The notes under the pieces were generated by a model that saw nothing but the letters and a program-made list of their open reading frames with translations, was not told where the DNA came from and made no database searches. From contig NW_027271384.1 in the NCBI RefSeq assembly GCF_040938485.1, forward strand, positions 1,736,001 through 1,800,000: a stretch of 64,000 bases of DNA, read 5' to 3'. Below, one piece after another: positions 62,309 through 64,000 of the stretch. Within the stretch, counting starts at the first letter, position 1. Each line of letters starts with the position of its first letter. The translations under genes were made by a program, and so were the position numbers. Source of the DNA: Diadema antillarum (taxonomy: Eukaryota).

Positions 62309-64000
62309 GTATACTATCCTGGTTCTTCAGGCCGGGAATTTAGGACTAGCTTTGAAAGAAAAAACAAACAGCATGGCAATACTGATATTTGGTATTGCAT
62401 CAGCATTATGCTCTTTATTCACCATTCTAACCTATGCGAAAACACCTTTTTATCAGTGATGCAACCTTTGCTCTAAAAGCTTATGGAGAGATATAAGTGC
62501 AATGTAGACTGTGAATGCAACCAAATGTGTTTGGGGGAGGGAGGGGAGGGGGAGATACAGCAGGATTTAAATGTGTGCATATGGTAGTCGAACAACTGTT
62601 GTAACAAAATTTTAAACAGACCTAGTCATATCCCTGAGGTAAAACACATGTTAATTTTTGTCTTACATATGTACAGTTGTTCATTTAATTTTAGTATATA
62701 GGCACAGAAAAAACAAAAGTGCCAGCACTATTAAAATTGTTAGATAATGGCTGACAGATACATGTACCAGTGAATATGTATACTACCACTAATGGAAAGA
62801 ACTGGTACTGTATTAGTTGCTAGCACTAAGCCATAAAACAAAATGTGACAACCCTTCATCTTATTGTGAGTGGTTGGATTATTGGATACAATGTAAGTGA
62901 TGAACATGATTATGCCAGGACATACACCTAGTGACACAGAATTCATGTCATGTTGTCAATTGTGTAATTATGTATCACCTGATCTCCCCCCTCCCTCCAT
63001 TAACACTGCTCTTTGATGTCAGAGCCCACCCCATTCTGCAGGTGTTGAATGCTTGATCAGCCCCACTTTAGGTTCTTGCCTAAGCTTGAGATACATTTGT
63101 AGCTTAAAGGCCTGTAATTGCATCACCCCATCTTCTGTGAGCTTGTCTGTTTGAGAGTGAGGTTCTGAAAATTGGTGTACTTTTACTCTCGGGAGATTCT
63201 ATTGTGCTTTGCATGGAGATCAGAACAAACTTCTGAAGTACAAGTTTGAGTGTGAAAGCTTCTGCCTCATCTCTGACGCAGTCAATATTGTTCACAGAAG
63301 ACATGCATGCATGATATTCAAGGATTCGAGGAGAATATCAAAGTACTGATTCTAAGCGTAGATTTCATCAGCCGTCTAGAGCACATCTCTACTGTGCTGC
63401 AGTGATGTGCTGGTGTCGCCAGTGTCCGCAAGGGGTCTGTGGATGAGACGAGCAGTCGCGAGAATGCAGCCTGGTGTGAGGAACGGTAGTCCTCACCTGG
63501 CGGTGACCCCCAAACGTCCAGGGTTGAGTCAGTTGGGTGAATCAGGGAGGTATGACACAGGGCCTGGCTGGGAGATGGGGGCTCTGTTTGTTTTGTAACT
63601 GTCGCTGTGTAAGCATGCCCCTGCAGACGGCGAATGTGGAAGGGAAACATGAGAGATGATGTGTCGGGGGGCTGGTTAGAAATTCTATTTGGCAGGGTAA
63701 CGAGACGCGGCCACTCGCGCTAATAAGCGTGCCAAGAATATATGCCGTGGGTGTATTACATGACTGGAATGCATATTGGGGATGGCTTTGCACAAAGCAA
63801 ATGGGCTCATTCGGTTCAGTGGCCATGTTGCTATTTATGCATTGGTGCATATGTGATATGCTGCATATAAGAAAGTCAGAGGAGAACCGAATTCAAAATT
63901 TGCGATAGTCTCATACAATAATTTAACAATTTTGATTTGACTTGCAATATAGTCCTATCAGCGATGCAAATGATTTTGGGGGGATGGAGGGGAGGGGCAT

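Noticed and set aside
63050-63850. GC-richer stretch with several short ORFs; possible retroelement or nested gene
   Set aside because: All frames are interrupted and I recognised no motif; a translated database search would be needed.

Overview
AT-rich, intron-containing animal genomic DNA, probably a marine invertebrate; the taxon cannot be fixed from sequence alone. I could reconstruct three host genes by hand. (1) A complete 6-exon acid-sphingomyelinase-like phosphodiesterase (SMPDL3A/B-like, + strand, 7180-20590, 456 aa). (2) A complete 5-exon hydroxylysine kinase (HYKK-like, - strand, 41131-26738, 383 aa). (3) The first two coding exons of a UBAP2/UBAP2L (lingerer)-like gene (+ strand, from 55082). 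The standout is an intact, apparently very young 7.48-kb tyrosine-recombinase retrotransposon of the Ngaro type (8548-16026). It has gag, RT/RNase H and YR ORFs and split direct repeats A1...B1A2...B2, and it lies in sense orientation in intron 1 of the SMPDL3-like gene. It integrated through a 4-bp TAAT core that coincides with the host's predicted branch point, 34 nt before exon 2. Its ATG-less recombinase ORF appears to be entered by splicing from a phase-1 donor in gag. The element's donor and acceptor are in the same phase as the host intron, so in-frame host-element chimeric mRNAs are predicted in both directions; these splicing predictions are inference and need RNA data. The rest of the window is introns and intergenic DNA with many non-autonomous elements: Helentron-type HINEs (one carrying a 157-bp satellite array), Tc1/pogo-, hAT- and Kolobok-like MITEs, and tRNA-derived SINE heads. 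There is also one N gap.
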